Origin: Nemertoderma westbladi
Lineage: Eukaryota; Animalia; Xenacoelomorpha
DNA: 64,000 nt
Reading direction: 5' to 3'
Assembly (NCBI GenBank): GCA_032718475.1
Contig: JAUCBJ010006989.1
Location: forward strand, 1-64,000
This document shows, piece by piece, positions 36,995 to 48,151 of this stretch. The position numbers and the translations under genes were made by a program. How positions within the stretch are numbered: position 1 is the stretch's first letter; each line of letters begins with the position of its first letter. Under the pieces are notes generated by a model, which was not told where the DNA came from, did no database searches, and saw only the letters and a program-made list of their open reading frames with translations.

Positions 36995-37738
36995 GGGTTC
37001 CATGTAAATTGAACCAACGTCAATTGAACCACGTCAATTGAAACACGTCAATTGAACCATGCGTCAATTGACCCAGCGTCAATTAAACCAGCTCAATTGA
37101 ACCAAGCGTCAATTGAACCAAGCGTCAATTGAACCAAGCGTCAATTGAACCAAGTGTCAGTTGAACCAAGTGGCAATTGAACCAAACGTCAGTTGAACCA
37201 AACGTCAATTGAACCAAACGTCAATTGAACCAAGCATAAATAAACCCATAATCAAAAAATGTAATATACATAATATAATTAATATTATTAATATTATTCA
37301 ACCCCATTGAATAAAATAGATCATTCTAGAATCTTCATCCACCAGTAGAACATTTCGCGATTAAAAAATAACAAATTTGCAATAATTATTATTTTGTTGG
37401 TTAAATTAACATTTCATTAAATTGATGCTTGGGTCAATTGACGCACGGGTCAATTGACGCATGGGTCAATTGACGCTTGGTTCAATATACGCTTTGTTCA
37501 ATTGACGCTTGTTTAAATTCACGTTAGGATCAATTGATGGGTGATAAACTTTGGTTCTAATGACGTATGGTTCAATTGACGTGTGGTTCAATTGACGTTG
37601 GTTCAATTGACACAATGTTAAATTGACGTTGGTTCAATTGACGTGGTTCAATTGACGTGGTTCAATTGACGTTGGTTCAATTGACGAGGTTCAATTGACG
37701 TGGTTCAATTGACTTTGGTTCAGTTGACGTGTCACCGT
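36995..37738. mobile_element. Foldback element with inverted arrays of 15-17-bp CAATTG-centred repeats
   Basis: (GTCAATTGAACCAAGC)n at 37005-37235 faces (GGTTCAATTGACGT)n at 37430-37730 across an AT-rich spacer. Confidence 0.85.
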
Positions 37739-38371
37739 TCGATTCATTCATTGGTTTCCTACGCGGTTTCCTACAGATACAGTAGACAGGCAGATGACGG
37801 CTCTCCGTAAGTACGGAAGTACTGCCGTCATTTGTATTCAACACTGGCACAGAGTTTCCCGAGGGAATTCCGCAAAAAAAGTCCCTGGCGGTTCCTTGCG
37901 ACCCCAATTCCTCCATTCTATACTTCCCTGGAGTTCCCTTTATCTGTGTTCCACCGCGACCCCCCACTCCACTTAAACTCCCTCCCATTGAGGAACGCCA
38001 ACTTCAGTTGCTCATTGAGCGCGATTTAATTGGGGGCTTTTTGCAGCTGACTGAACCTGTTATTTCTACGTGGCTAAAGGGAATCGCAGGATACGGACGA
38101 TCTGAGTTCCAAGTATTACTTTTCGTATTCCATTACGTATATATTGGACAGAGAACAGGCTTCACTTTTGCCAAAGCGGCAACTTTGCTCGGACGTGTTT
38201 TGTATCGGCGGTATATATTAGTATTTGTGTGACGACTCTGAGAGCTCAAACTGAGTTGAGCGACCCCATAATCAGTCTGATAAAATGACCACAGGTCTTT
38301 AGTAGATAATGTAGACTTTATTTTATTAGCTTCCTTATCGTGATATAAAACGTCAGATGGAATTAGTATAC

Positions 38372-38510
38372 GGCCCATGTGAATAATACCAGACTTTCTG
38401 CCGTTATATTTCACTTTGCATTTACCCCCATGTGAAGAATACAAGGTTTTCACCAAAAACACAGGTTACAGAAGGGCTTAATCTAACCAAAACAATAAAC
38501 GAATTAGTAC
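38372..38510 (+). mobile_element. Partial TIR arm (same family as 39159), interrupted by insertion 38511-39142
   Basis: Direct repeat of 39159-39297; the host sequence resumes as ATGTACAGGTTATAAG at 39143. Confidence 0.8.
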
Positions 38511-39142
38511 ACGTTCGTGGGGACTTCGCGCAGCACGTAGTCGGCAAGCCTTGGCATACGGTTCATATAGAGCAAATGGAGCATGTCTAGTTTGAACCCC
38601 ATATCCCATGCTATAAATGTATTCATTCGATATACAATCATATGTTAATCCGCTAGGTGGTGTCAAATTGTTATTCTGCAATTTCGTACTTACCAGTGCA
38701 GCACTGTACAGCAGTACCGTACCGGTAGGCCTATGTCATTACTTCTGAGTCTCTAGCGGATCCCCAATTAAATGTCTTAACTTTTCAATTTCGTAAAAGA
38801 TAGACTTCATGATTCTCTACAGGCCACCAAAATTTCAGCTCAGGAAAATGAGGCCTTCCCGAGAAATTTAACATTCTCTAAAAACCACATAATCTGTCGT
38901 AGCTGACGTCAGACTGCATGATTTTTCACCAAACTTTACAAACTTTCTAAACTTTCTCTCTACTACTTACCTACTAAGTTTGGTTCAATTCCGAACCAGC
39001 GATGCCGAGAAATTCGCGTTCAAACATTTACCAGACAGACAGACAGACAGACAGACAGGCAGACAGACAGACAGACGGACATGCCCCATTTGCCCTATAT
39101 GAACCGTATGCCAAGGCTCGCCGACTACGTGTCTCGCCCCAC
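38511..39142. mobile_element. HINE-like element with (GACA)n microsatellite and inverted ends
   Basis: AATTTCAGCTC, AAGTTTGGTTCAATTCCG, (GACA)n 39033-39078 and the end CTCGCCCCAC. 38517-38587 is the reverse complement of 39078-39142. Confidence 0.65.
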
Positions 39143-39158
39143 ATGTACAGGTTATAAG

Positions 39159-40566
39159 GCCCATGTGAAGAATACCAGACTTTCTGCCGTTATATTTCAC
39201 TTTGCAGTTACCCCCATGTGAAGAATACCAGGTTTTCACCAAAACCACAGGTTACAGAAGGGCTGAATCTAACCAAAACAATAAACGAATTAGTATATGT
39301 ACAGGTTATAAGACAGAAATAAGCGCTATAAAACACTTAATAAAGATAAATTAAAAAAAAATAAAAAATCTTCATATATAAATAATCACCAATAAAATCA
39401 TTCCAATAAAAAGTCGACCGAAAAGTGAAATCCTGGTATTCTTCACATGGGCGGGTTATAAGACAGAAATAAGCGCTATAAAACACTTAATAAAGTTAAA
39501 TTAAAAAAAATAAAAAATCTTCATATATAAAATTCCAATAAAAAGTCGACCGAAAAGTGAAATCCTGGTATTCTTCACATGGGCGTAGTATACGGTAGTT
39601 TAGTTGGTGTGTACATGGTAGTCCATACTTGTCCTTGAGCTCTACTAATAAAAGCAATAGGTATTGGAAATCGTCCTTACGGTTACGGACAGGAAAATAA
39701 CTATCCGTATTTAAAGTAAACCATGTTTCACTTTTCATTTCGTACTTTTTAGTAATTGTATACTATGTTTCAGTTTTCACTTCGCAATGCCTTATTAATA
39801 GCCTACTGTACTGCTGTCAGACAGTTCTGCTGCAGTTTGGCGGCATGCAGTAGGCCTAACTGTTGAACCAGTATTTGTTGTCTTTATTATTTACTACAGT
39901 ACAGTCTGTATGTATAGTCCGGTTCCGGTAACGGAACCATCCTCAATTTCGTAGTACCGTACGTATAGGCCTACCGGCTGACCGGTAATGATACTTACTA
40001 AAAAACAAACTACAGTACAGTCAGACATTCTGAGTCTGACACAGACGGCAGGACGAGGACGGTACTCGGTCAGTCGGTTGCGATAAGGTAGGATCTTTGC
40101 TTAGGCCTAGAGGCTGAGAGGTATATAGACTACTGCCTATATTATCAGATTATAGGTCTAGATAAGGTCTATAGGCCGAGCATTATGAATTACTACCAGT
40201 ACCGGTACCAACATCCTTACATACACCAGCTGACCTGCACGTCTGGTATAGATAGAGCCATACAGTAGTATGTATAAGCGTTAAGCGCCCATGTGAAGAA
40301 TGCCAGGATTATACTTTTCGGTCGACTTTTTATTGGAATTTTATATATGAAGGCTTTTTGTTTGTAATTAAATTAAGTCAGTAAGTGTTTTATAGCGCAT
40401 ATTTCTGTCTTGTAACCTGTACATATAGGTACTAATTCGCTTATTGTTTTGGTTAATTTCAGCCCTTCTGTAAACTGTGTTTTTGGTGAAAACTGTGTAT
40501 TCTTCACATGGCGGTAAGTGCAAAGTCAAATATAACGGCAGAAAGTCTGTTATTCTTCACATGGTC
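39159..40566. mobile_element. Non-autonomous DNA transposon with long modular TIRs
   Basis: Left arm 39159-39585 (with an internal ~150-bp duplication) and inverted right arm 40286-40566; recurring CCATGTGAAGAATACCAG motif. Confidence 0.85.
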
Positions 40567-40974
40567 GGTATTATACTGTAAGACGTTTTATATTATTTTG
40601 TGTTTAATTTTCCTTATGTTTTATAATTTGTTGGTTGTCTTATTGTATGTATACACTTTTTTTGACAGTGGTGTCTCCTCAAATAATATAATACGGTACT
40701 GTATCAGAGCCTACCGTACGGTAGTTGGTTTTTACCTTATCGTACCATGCATAGCGGTGTTACCATGTGGCATTTGTAACGATTGCAGCGTTTCCCAATC
40801 AGCCAATGTCTTGCATAGAGACCTAACTTATTCTACTAAAAAATCATGATTGAAACAGACTGATTGTGTGTGATATATGTGATATACTGTTTACCTCTGT
40901 AGGGATGTTTCAGACCTACTTGCTGACTACCTTTCTCTGACTGGTTGGTATCGACTGAACTGAAACTGAAAGTA

Positions 40975-41356
40975 ATGGCAGACGGTGGAGAGGAAAGGTC
41001 TACCGAGAACAATGATCGTGACCCTGTATTTAAATTTCTTAAAGAAATTGAAGAAACGTTTCCACCCGAACAACAGGAAGTTCAGCTTCCAGATGATTTT
41101 CTTAAACCGCGACTGGCAATTTATCAACAGCTGAGCAATGCTGTGGAACCCGACCAATCTGTAGACGATAAACTCAAAGCAGAAATAAAACCATCTCCGT
41201 TGAAAGAGAAACGTGAGAGTCTGCCTGTTTATAAACAACGAGAGGCGATTATTGATATGATCAATGATAACCAAGTCTGTTTGATATCTGGTCTAACTGG
41301 CTGTGGTAAAACTACACAAGTAACGCAATACATTCTCGAGGAGTTTATACAGCAAG
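40975..41356 (+). CDS. DHX36: DHX36-like DEAH-box RNA helicase, first visible coding exon
   Basis: RESLPVY...INDNQVCLISGLTGCGKTTQVTQYILE (motif I); donor CAAG|GTTTAT, phase 1; in-frame TGA at 40924 upstream of the ATG. Confidence 0.8.
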
Positions 41357-41502
41357 GTTTATTCATAATATTACTTAATAGTTAATACGATGTTTAATAT
41401 CAATGTGCAGCTTACGGGTTACAGAGTGGCATGTTATTCTAACCAAATCACAATCGATAATCAAAGCATTATAGCTGCATTATATATATATTACATATAT
41501 AT

Positions 41503-42925
41503 TTAGAATGCTGTGCCGGCTTGTCGACAAAATTGCGCCACAACTCCCTATCACCCATGACATTTTTGCTAGATCATCCGCATCATAAAGGCCAGTGTCC
41601 TTTAAGATGCGTCTCAAGAAAGTCGTGGGCCGTCCACCATGCTTATTCACTCCATCATAAGGTCGCCAAAGCACAATATTATGCATTGGCTGGTCCTCAC
41701 GGCGAAAGCAATGTCCTGCAAAGCGGAGGCGGTTTTCAACTAGTGTCAGGGCTTGGGGGAACCAATGAGACACCTCCAATGTTATATGTTATATAGTGTC
41801 TGGTTGGAGATGTGTGCATTGTACTTGACACCGTTAACCCGGCGTAGCATTCTTGTGAATGTGCCATCCAGAGATTTGGTGTCCTCAGCAGTTAGAGCCC
41901 AGCATGGACTCCCATAGAGGAATACTGGAATTAATGCTGCTCTAAATAATCGGACCTTAAGTTTCCGATGAATTCTATGTGACTTCCAAATCCTGGAAAG
42001 CCCATTCAAGGCTGCCCATGCCTTTCCCTTACGTATTCGAAGGTCCTCACCTGACTTCCGGATCCATGATCCCAGGTAACAAAAGTCGTCCACATGCTCA
42101 AGCATACCATCCTTTGAGCTTATGCTCATCCGATGAGAGACTTGCTGAGAACTTTCAAAGTTAACTGTCAAAATTTTGGTCTTTTTGGAGTTAATAAAAA
42201 GACCAACACTAGAAGCAGCGTGTTCTAATGAGCTGAGGAGCCGTTGGGCTCCCTCTAGTGATTCTGAGAGCACTCCTAAGTCATCAGCAAAGTCTAGATC
42301 AGTTAGGTACTGTACTTGGCTGGATTTCCTTTACTTCTGGAGCCAGAAGGTGGAATTATCATCACCCCCATCATCATTATGATGATCTAAGGACATGCGT
42401 AGAACATAGTCAACCACAATTATGAACAAGAATGGCGCAAGTGTGTCTCCCTGGAGGACTCCCCATCCCATAACACTTCGAATGGTTCTGTGTCACCATC
42501 AACAGTAGACACAAATGTTGTCGAACCATCGTATACTGATCTGATTGCTGCAATAATTTTATCAGGAATCCCATAAAATGAAAGTATGCTGAACATAAGT
42601 GAGCGAGAGACTGAATCAAAGGCCTTGAAGAAGTCAACAAAGATAACAGTCAGATACCGTCTTTCTTTTTTGATAACTCTTCAATTATCCTTCTAAGTGC
42701 CAAAATGGGCTCCATGTTCCCACGACCTTTACGGAACCCATTCTGATTTCCACGGAGCAGTCTCTCAATGGGATCCTTGATTTCGATTTAATAGAATTCT
42801 ATTGTATTTTTTTACTGTATTACTTTGCAGCAATCGAGATCAATGAGATTCCCCGAAAAGAACCATAGTGTGTTAGGTTGCCCTTCTTGGGAACTGGCAC
42901 CAACTTATTTGTTTTCATTTCTTGT
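41503..42925 (-). mobile_element. Longest RTE-clade LINE fragment (RT to 3' end), in DHX36-like intron 1, frameshifted
   Basis: LDFADDL (42275-42298), AQRLLSSLEHAASSVGLFIN, DDFCYLGSWI, RKGKAW, RLRFAGHC, VDFFKAFDS-like. Confidence 0.92.
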
Positions 42926-44057
42926 GGTCAAATGTGCTGGAGTATGGAATACAAAATAAATATACATATGTATATTGTATATTTAGTATTCCATGGCTGG
43001 AATATTTTTCAAGATCTTCAAAAAACCTTTCAAACGAGCCATAAATCATCAAATTTTGGTGAAAAAATGATGGAGTAGTAATTTAAAAATTGAAATGTCT
43101 ACAAATGTAATTTTGAGATAGTTTTATTTAACGTTTGAACCTTCCAGCAAAAGCCTGTATGTTTGTGGTGTGTTAATCAGTTAGAAATGTTTGGCACTAA
43201 GGCTCTACTACTCTTTTTCAATCTACTGTAAAGAAAGCTGAACATAATTAACTGAGAAAATCTTACTTAAAGGTTTTGGAGTATACAATATACATACATC
43301 CTAGATTTATGCCCCACGCCACGGTCAATCAACTAAAGGCTGAGAGATCTCATAATATTGACAGTCACAATGAGTGAATGTCAATAGCAGTCTGACTCTG
43401 ACAGTAATTATTGATATTTTCGGTGAATTAGTGGTTTCACACACATTTACTGTATTCCTATAAATTTATTTCTTATAAACAACCCAACACAACACTTAAC
43501 TTAACTAATACTTACAGGTACAGCTTTTAACAAAGTCATGTTATCTATCGTTCAGGTTGGTTAGAACAGGTCACCTCCAATCTGGAAGTCCCCAGTTCGT
43601 TCTGCAGACTTTGCTAAGCAGTGCCCAGATGTGCCAAATTAGGATTATAGTAGAGTAGTTATACTGTAGTAACAACATAACAATACAAAATACACCAAAC
43701 ATTACATTACATTTAAAACTAATATAAAGTAATTACGGTGCACAATAAAATTATTAATAACCTAATAATTTATTGTAGAACTATTTACTATTCTACGTAT
43801 TCCTATTGCACACTGATCAGATCACTGAGACGTGAGATTTTACTTCCGATTTAATATAATATTTATTATAATTTAGGCCCACATGGCAAGTTACAAAATT
43901 CACTCATTAACACTTTAAGCTTTTAGATTTTAAATAAATTAAATTAAATAAATTTTTGTGTGTCTGTAAGACATCATAATACCGATAATATTTGTTTACG
44001 GTAACCAATCGGTCACCAATTATAAAGGCCTACATGACAATGTTTCTTTGTATGTAG

Positions 44058-44277
44058 GTTACGGTTCACGTTGTAACATTGTCTGCACTCAGCCACGACG
44101 CATATCAGCAGTGTCCGTAGCTGAACGTGTCGCACAAGAGAGAGGCGAACCTTTGGGATTCAGTGTCGGATATGCGATCCGGTTCCAGAAGAGGTTGCCT
44201 AGGAAACACGCCTCTATACTCTACTGCACCACCGGGGTTCTGCTTAAATGCTTCGTGGCGGACCCTAACTTACCGAG
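44058..44277 (+). CDS. DHX36: DHX36-like helicase exon 2
   Basis: TAG|GT acceptor; [31 protein letters not shown]...[15 protein letters not shown]; donor AG|GTCGGT. Phases are compatible with both neighbours. Confidence 0.88.
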
Positions 44278-44513
44278 GTCGGTTGGACTATCATACTGTA
44301 ACAGAATTCCGAAATTTACTCAGCCAAGATTCATACATTTTTGTGAATATAGTGCCTCAATTAATTATACATCCTATGTACGTACAGTATGCCTTATTGG
44401 AAATTGAGCTGCATATTTGTCTACTGTATTTGATTTGGTTTTTTGTTATTGTGTTAGGTTTATTTTTGAGTTACGTTTTTGGAGTCCTGTACCGATATTT
44501 CGTTTTTGTTCAG

Positions 44514-44598
44514 ATGGAGTCACATTATCTTAGACGAAATTCACGAACGCAATCTATTCGAAGACTTTCTCATGATTATACTGCGAGATCTGGTCCAG
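44514..44598 (+). CDS. DHX36: DHX36-like helicase exon 3 (DEIH motif II)
   Basis: TTCAG|A acceptor; (R)WSHIILDEIHERNLFEDFLMIILRDLVQ|GTAGGT. Confidence 0.88.
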
Positions 44599-45593
44599 GT
44601 AGGTTGGAGCCGGGGGGGGGGGGGGTGAGACGAATCCCATCTCGACGAATTAATATTTCGTCTCAATATTAATCAATTAATGGAAAGGAGCAGGTTACAG
44701 TGTCACGTTATTGTAAAATTCTAAACAAAACATTAAACTAAGTCAATAGAACTAACAGGTTACAGTTTTATTTTTAAGAGCCTTCAGCTGTTATTTGCCT
44801 AGATTTACCCTGAGGAGGGATTAATTTTATAGCGTCGAAAGTTTACCGGAGCAAGGATCGTACGGTAGTTACTTTTTGCGGTAGCGGTACGGTATGGCTT
44901 TGCGGTAGCGGTACTGTAGTTGCGGTAGCAAAAAATGTAGCTGGTATTAATGAAGTTAAACGCTCACTTTTTGACGATTAAAGTGTGGCGTTTATTTTTG
45001 GGATATTGTTTTCTTGAATAAATAATTATTTTAATTTCTTTTTGTTTTTTGTTGACAGAAAATACGATACAATACGAGCCAATTTTTAATATGTAATACT
45101 GTATGTAACTGCTTTAATGATGGCTGAACGTTTATTTTGCTTATACATGGTGTGGTGTAGTGATTTTTGAAGGTATAAATAAAGGAAACAATATGATATT
45201 AATGTGAGAAAAAATTCGATATGATATGAAAAAAGTTTTGTAATTTTTTCGTATCATAAAAAATTTATATCTTATTAATTCTATGATTATACGAAATCAG
45301 GATTTATTATATGTGACGATTTCAAATAATTTGACTATTACAGTACTATTTGGCTGCTGTTTCAGCCTATTATGACACGAACTTCAACTTAATTTAGGAT
45401 CACAGTTAGTAAAAGTTTTACTTCTTAGGTAACTGTACTTATTTTTCAATTATCAATTTTACATGAATTTCATGGGCAGACAGAAACAGCACCCCAATTG
45501 GAAATTTGCCTAGTGTTACTGTAAATAGTAAAAACTAAAAACCAACTACCGCAAATACCGCAGTAGTTGGCATTTGCGGTAGCGGTAGTAAAA

Positions 45594-47170
45594 TATGGCG
45601 TCTGATATGAGCCAAAATACCTTAGAATTATAAATGTGTACCTTACATTTTTCATTAGCTTATATTTATAAGCATCGCTTAAAAGTATGGTATTTTTATG
45701 TAGTTGACTGTAATAAATCGCTTTAAATAAGGTATTTTATTGCAGTTGCTTAAAATGAAGTATGTGTTTATGCAGTAATATGGTTTAAAGAAACCGATGT
45801 TTTTACAGTGTCGTTTAAACATAGTTTAAATTATGCTAAGTTTTTGCAGTGTCGTTTAAACATAGTTTATAGTAACCGATGTTTTTACAGTGTCGTTTAA
45901 ACATAGTTTAAAGTAAGCTAAGTTTTTGCAATGTCGTTTAAACATCGTTTAAAGTAACCGATGTTTTTAAATTGAGAGCCTAATACGGAGGTGCCAACAA
46001 ATTTCAGAAGATGATACATTTTCAAACTTAAATATAATAGAATATTTAACACGTATTTTTCAATATAAGATTGATGTACTGGATCGCCTAATAGAGGATG
46101 GGAATACAGGTAATAGCCCTAGCGCCTCCGATACCAGTACAACACGTAATTCTGGAATAATTGATTTAAATCGAAGCCTCCGTGAATGGCTGCATTGGTT
46201 ATTAAGTTTACCTATTGCTCGGCATCAAAGTAGCTGTTGCTTATATGTATCATCTGCAATTTGTTGGCACCTCCGTATTAGGCTCTCAATTTCAAAGATG
46301 AAATTTTCAGATGACATACCTACAGGCTACTGCAGTACTCTTTAACTATACTGTTAACCGTACTGTCCGTACCGTGTACCCTACATATCAGAAATTCGAT
46401 TTTGCTGATCGAATACTGGAATACAACAATTGCTCAACAGCGCCCTCTCGTGATCTATTTACTAATTGCAGATATTGTCAACAACGCATTTGATTGGACA
46501 AAACACTGCAAAAACATCGCTTACTTTAAACTATGTTTAAACGACACTGTAAAAACATCGCTTACTTTAAGCTATGTTTAAACGACACTGTAAAAACATC
46601 GCTTACTTTAAACTATGTTTAAACGAAACTGTAAAAACATCGCTTACTTTAAACTATGTTTAAACGACACTGTAAAAACATCGCTTACTTTAAACTATGT
46701 TTAAACGACACTGTAAAAACTGCATAAACACATACTTCATTTTAAGCAATGTTGGAACAGAACTGCAATTAAATTCCTTATTTAAAGCGATTTATTACAG
46801 TCAATTACATAAACATAACTTACTTTTAAGCGATTTATTAAAGTCAACTACATAAACATAGCTTACTTTTAAGCGATGTTTTAACAGAACTTGTAAAAAA
46901 TACCTTACTTTTAAGCGATTTATTAAAGTCAACTACATAAACATAGCTTACTTTTAAGCGATGTTTTAACAGAACTTGTAAAAAATACCTTACTTTTAAG
47001 CGATTTATTAAAGTCAACTTCATAAAACATAGCTTACTTTTAAGCGATGTATAAATTCAAATGCAATAAAATACCATACTTTTAAGCGATGCTTATAAAT
47101 ATAAGCTAATGAAAAATGTAAGGTACACATTTATAATTCTAAAGTATTTTGGCTCAAATCAGACGCCATA
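45594..47170. mobile_element. Foldback element with TIRs built of 41-bp and ~72-bp tandem modules; GTAAAA target duplication
   Basis: GTAAAA|TATGGCGTCTGA ... TCAGACGCCATA|GTAAAA; 41-bp units at 45790-45968 and inverted at 46503-46720. Confidence 0.85.
45969..46292. mobile_element. Small MITE nested inside the foldback element
   Basis: AAATTGAGAGCCTAATACGGAGGTGCCAACAAATT is perfectly inverted at 46258-46292. Confidence 0.8.
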
Positions 47171-47737
47171 GTAAAAAGCGTGCTATTTGCGGTAGCGGTA
47201 GTACCGAACGATCCCTGTAATCTGAGATTGAGAATCGTTGCACTAGAGTTGTGCACTTTACACCAGTTTTATTATTTATCAAAGCTGTTTTTTTACAAAT
47301 TCTACATGTAGCGATTTTTATATCTAAAGTCTCTGGACTGGACGCAGCTATTAGGATATGGTGCATTTTTTCGCACTTTGGTTCTCCATTCCATTGGACT
47401 TGGAATTCGAGATACCGGGTTCAATACCACATTTATGTTTTTCGACGAAAATATTTAGGTCTTGTAAAATAGGTTTAATTGAAACTTGAAAGCATGATTC
47501 AGTTGGTAGTAAGCCATTGAAGGAGGAGACACATAAAGTTAATGAGTTATTAGACGCGGACCTTAGAAGAGCGCTTGTTTTATATTTATTTATACATTGC
47601 CCGCCTTCTAATTCCCTTTGATGTGGTTCAAATAAATTATGTGTGCTAATTATTACATCTTTTCTATTCATCTTTTGTATCGGAATGTTCAATACATTTT
47701 ATTCCATTGTCTTACGTTATATTCTCATAGTGTATGT

Positions 47738-48151
47738 TTACCAGAACTTGGCGACAGTTTGGGGTCTGGGCATTGGCGGCAAATAGGAGCGATTGTAGTT
47801 GGCGTTAATGCGGTTGATAACGGAAGCCATACTGGTCGAGGGTCTAAGGAAGGGGTTGGGAAGGTCCCTAGCGGCGGGGTATGTTTCCCTGGTTGGTATG
47901 GTAACCGCGTGACCGCCCAACCTTCGGACCACTGTGTGCGCTGGGGTCCCGGGCTGCCGGGACCGGTTGGTGTAGCTGTACCGCTGTAGCTCCCGACGGG
48001 AGTAAACTAGTCGGCCGTCTGTCGTAGACAGTCGTACGTGGTTGCTAAGCGGGGTTGCTATGGATGCACTCGAGGTGTAGATGTTTCTAGAACTATTTAC
48101 AGACCACATGGGCTGGTTGAGTACAGGTAGTGTTACTGTTTCCTTTACCAT
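47738..48151 (-). CDS. Candidate 137-aa orphan protein (Pro/Arg/Ser/Thr-rich, ends AKFW)
   Basis: ATG-started ORF that coincides with a GC-richer island; acceptor-like CGCAG just upstream and GTCATGG start context; no recognisable domain. Confidence 0.4.
   Translation of the reverse strand: MVKETVTLPVLNQPMWSVNSSRNIYTSSASIATPLSNHVRLSTTDGRLVYSRRELQRYSYTNRSRQPGTPAHTVVRRLGGHAVTIPTRETYPAARDLPNPFLRPSTSMASVINRINANYNRSYLPPMPRPQTVAKFW

Larger units (their letters stand above)
44852..47218. mobile_element. Outer hAT-like MITE with TTGCGGTAGCGGTA subterminal repeats, host to nested insertions
   Basis: CAAGGATCGTACGGTA ... TACCGAACGATCCCTG inverted ends; motif copies at 44876-44930, 45545-45590 and 47187-47201. 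Confidence 0.6.

Noticed and set aside
44805-44850. Minimal type I hammerhead (CTGAGGA...CGAAAGTTTA)
   Set aside because: Core words are present but stems I and II do not pair convincingly; at best a decayed Penelope-type motif.
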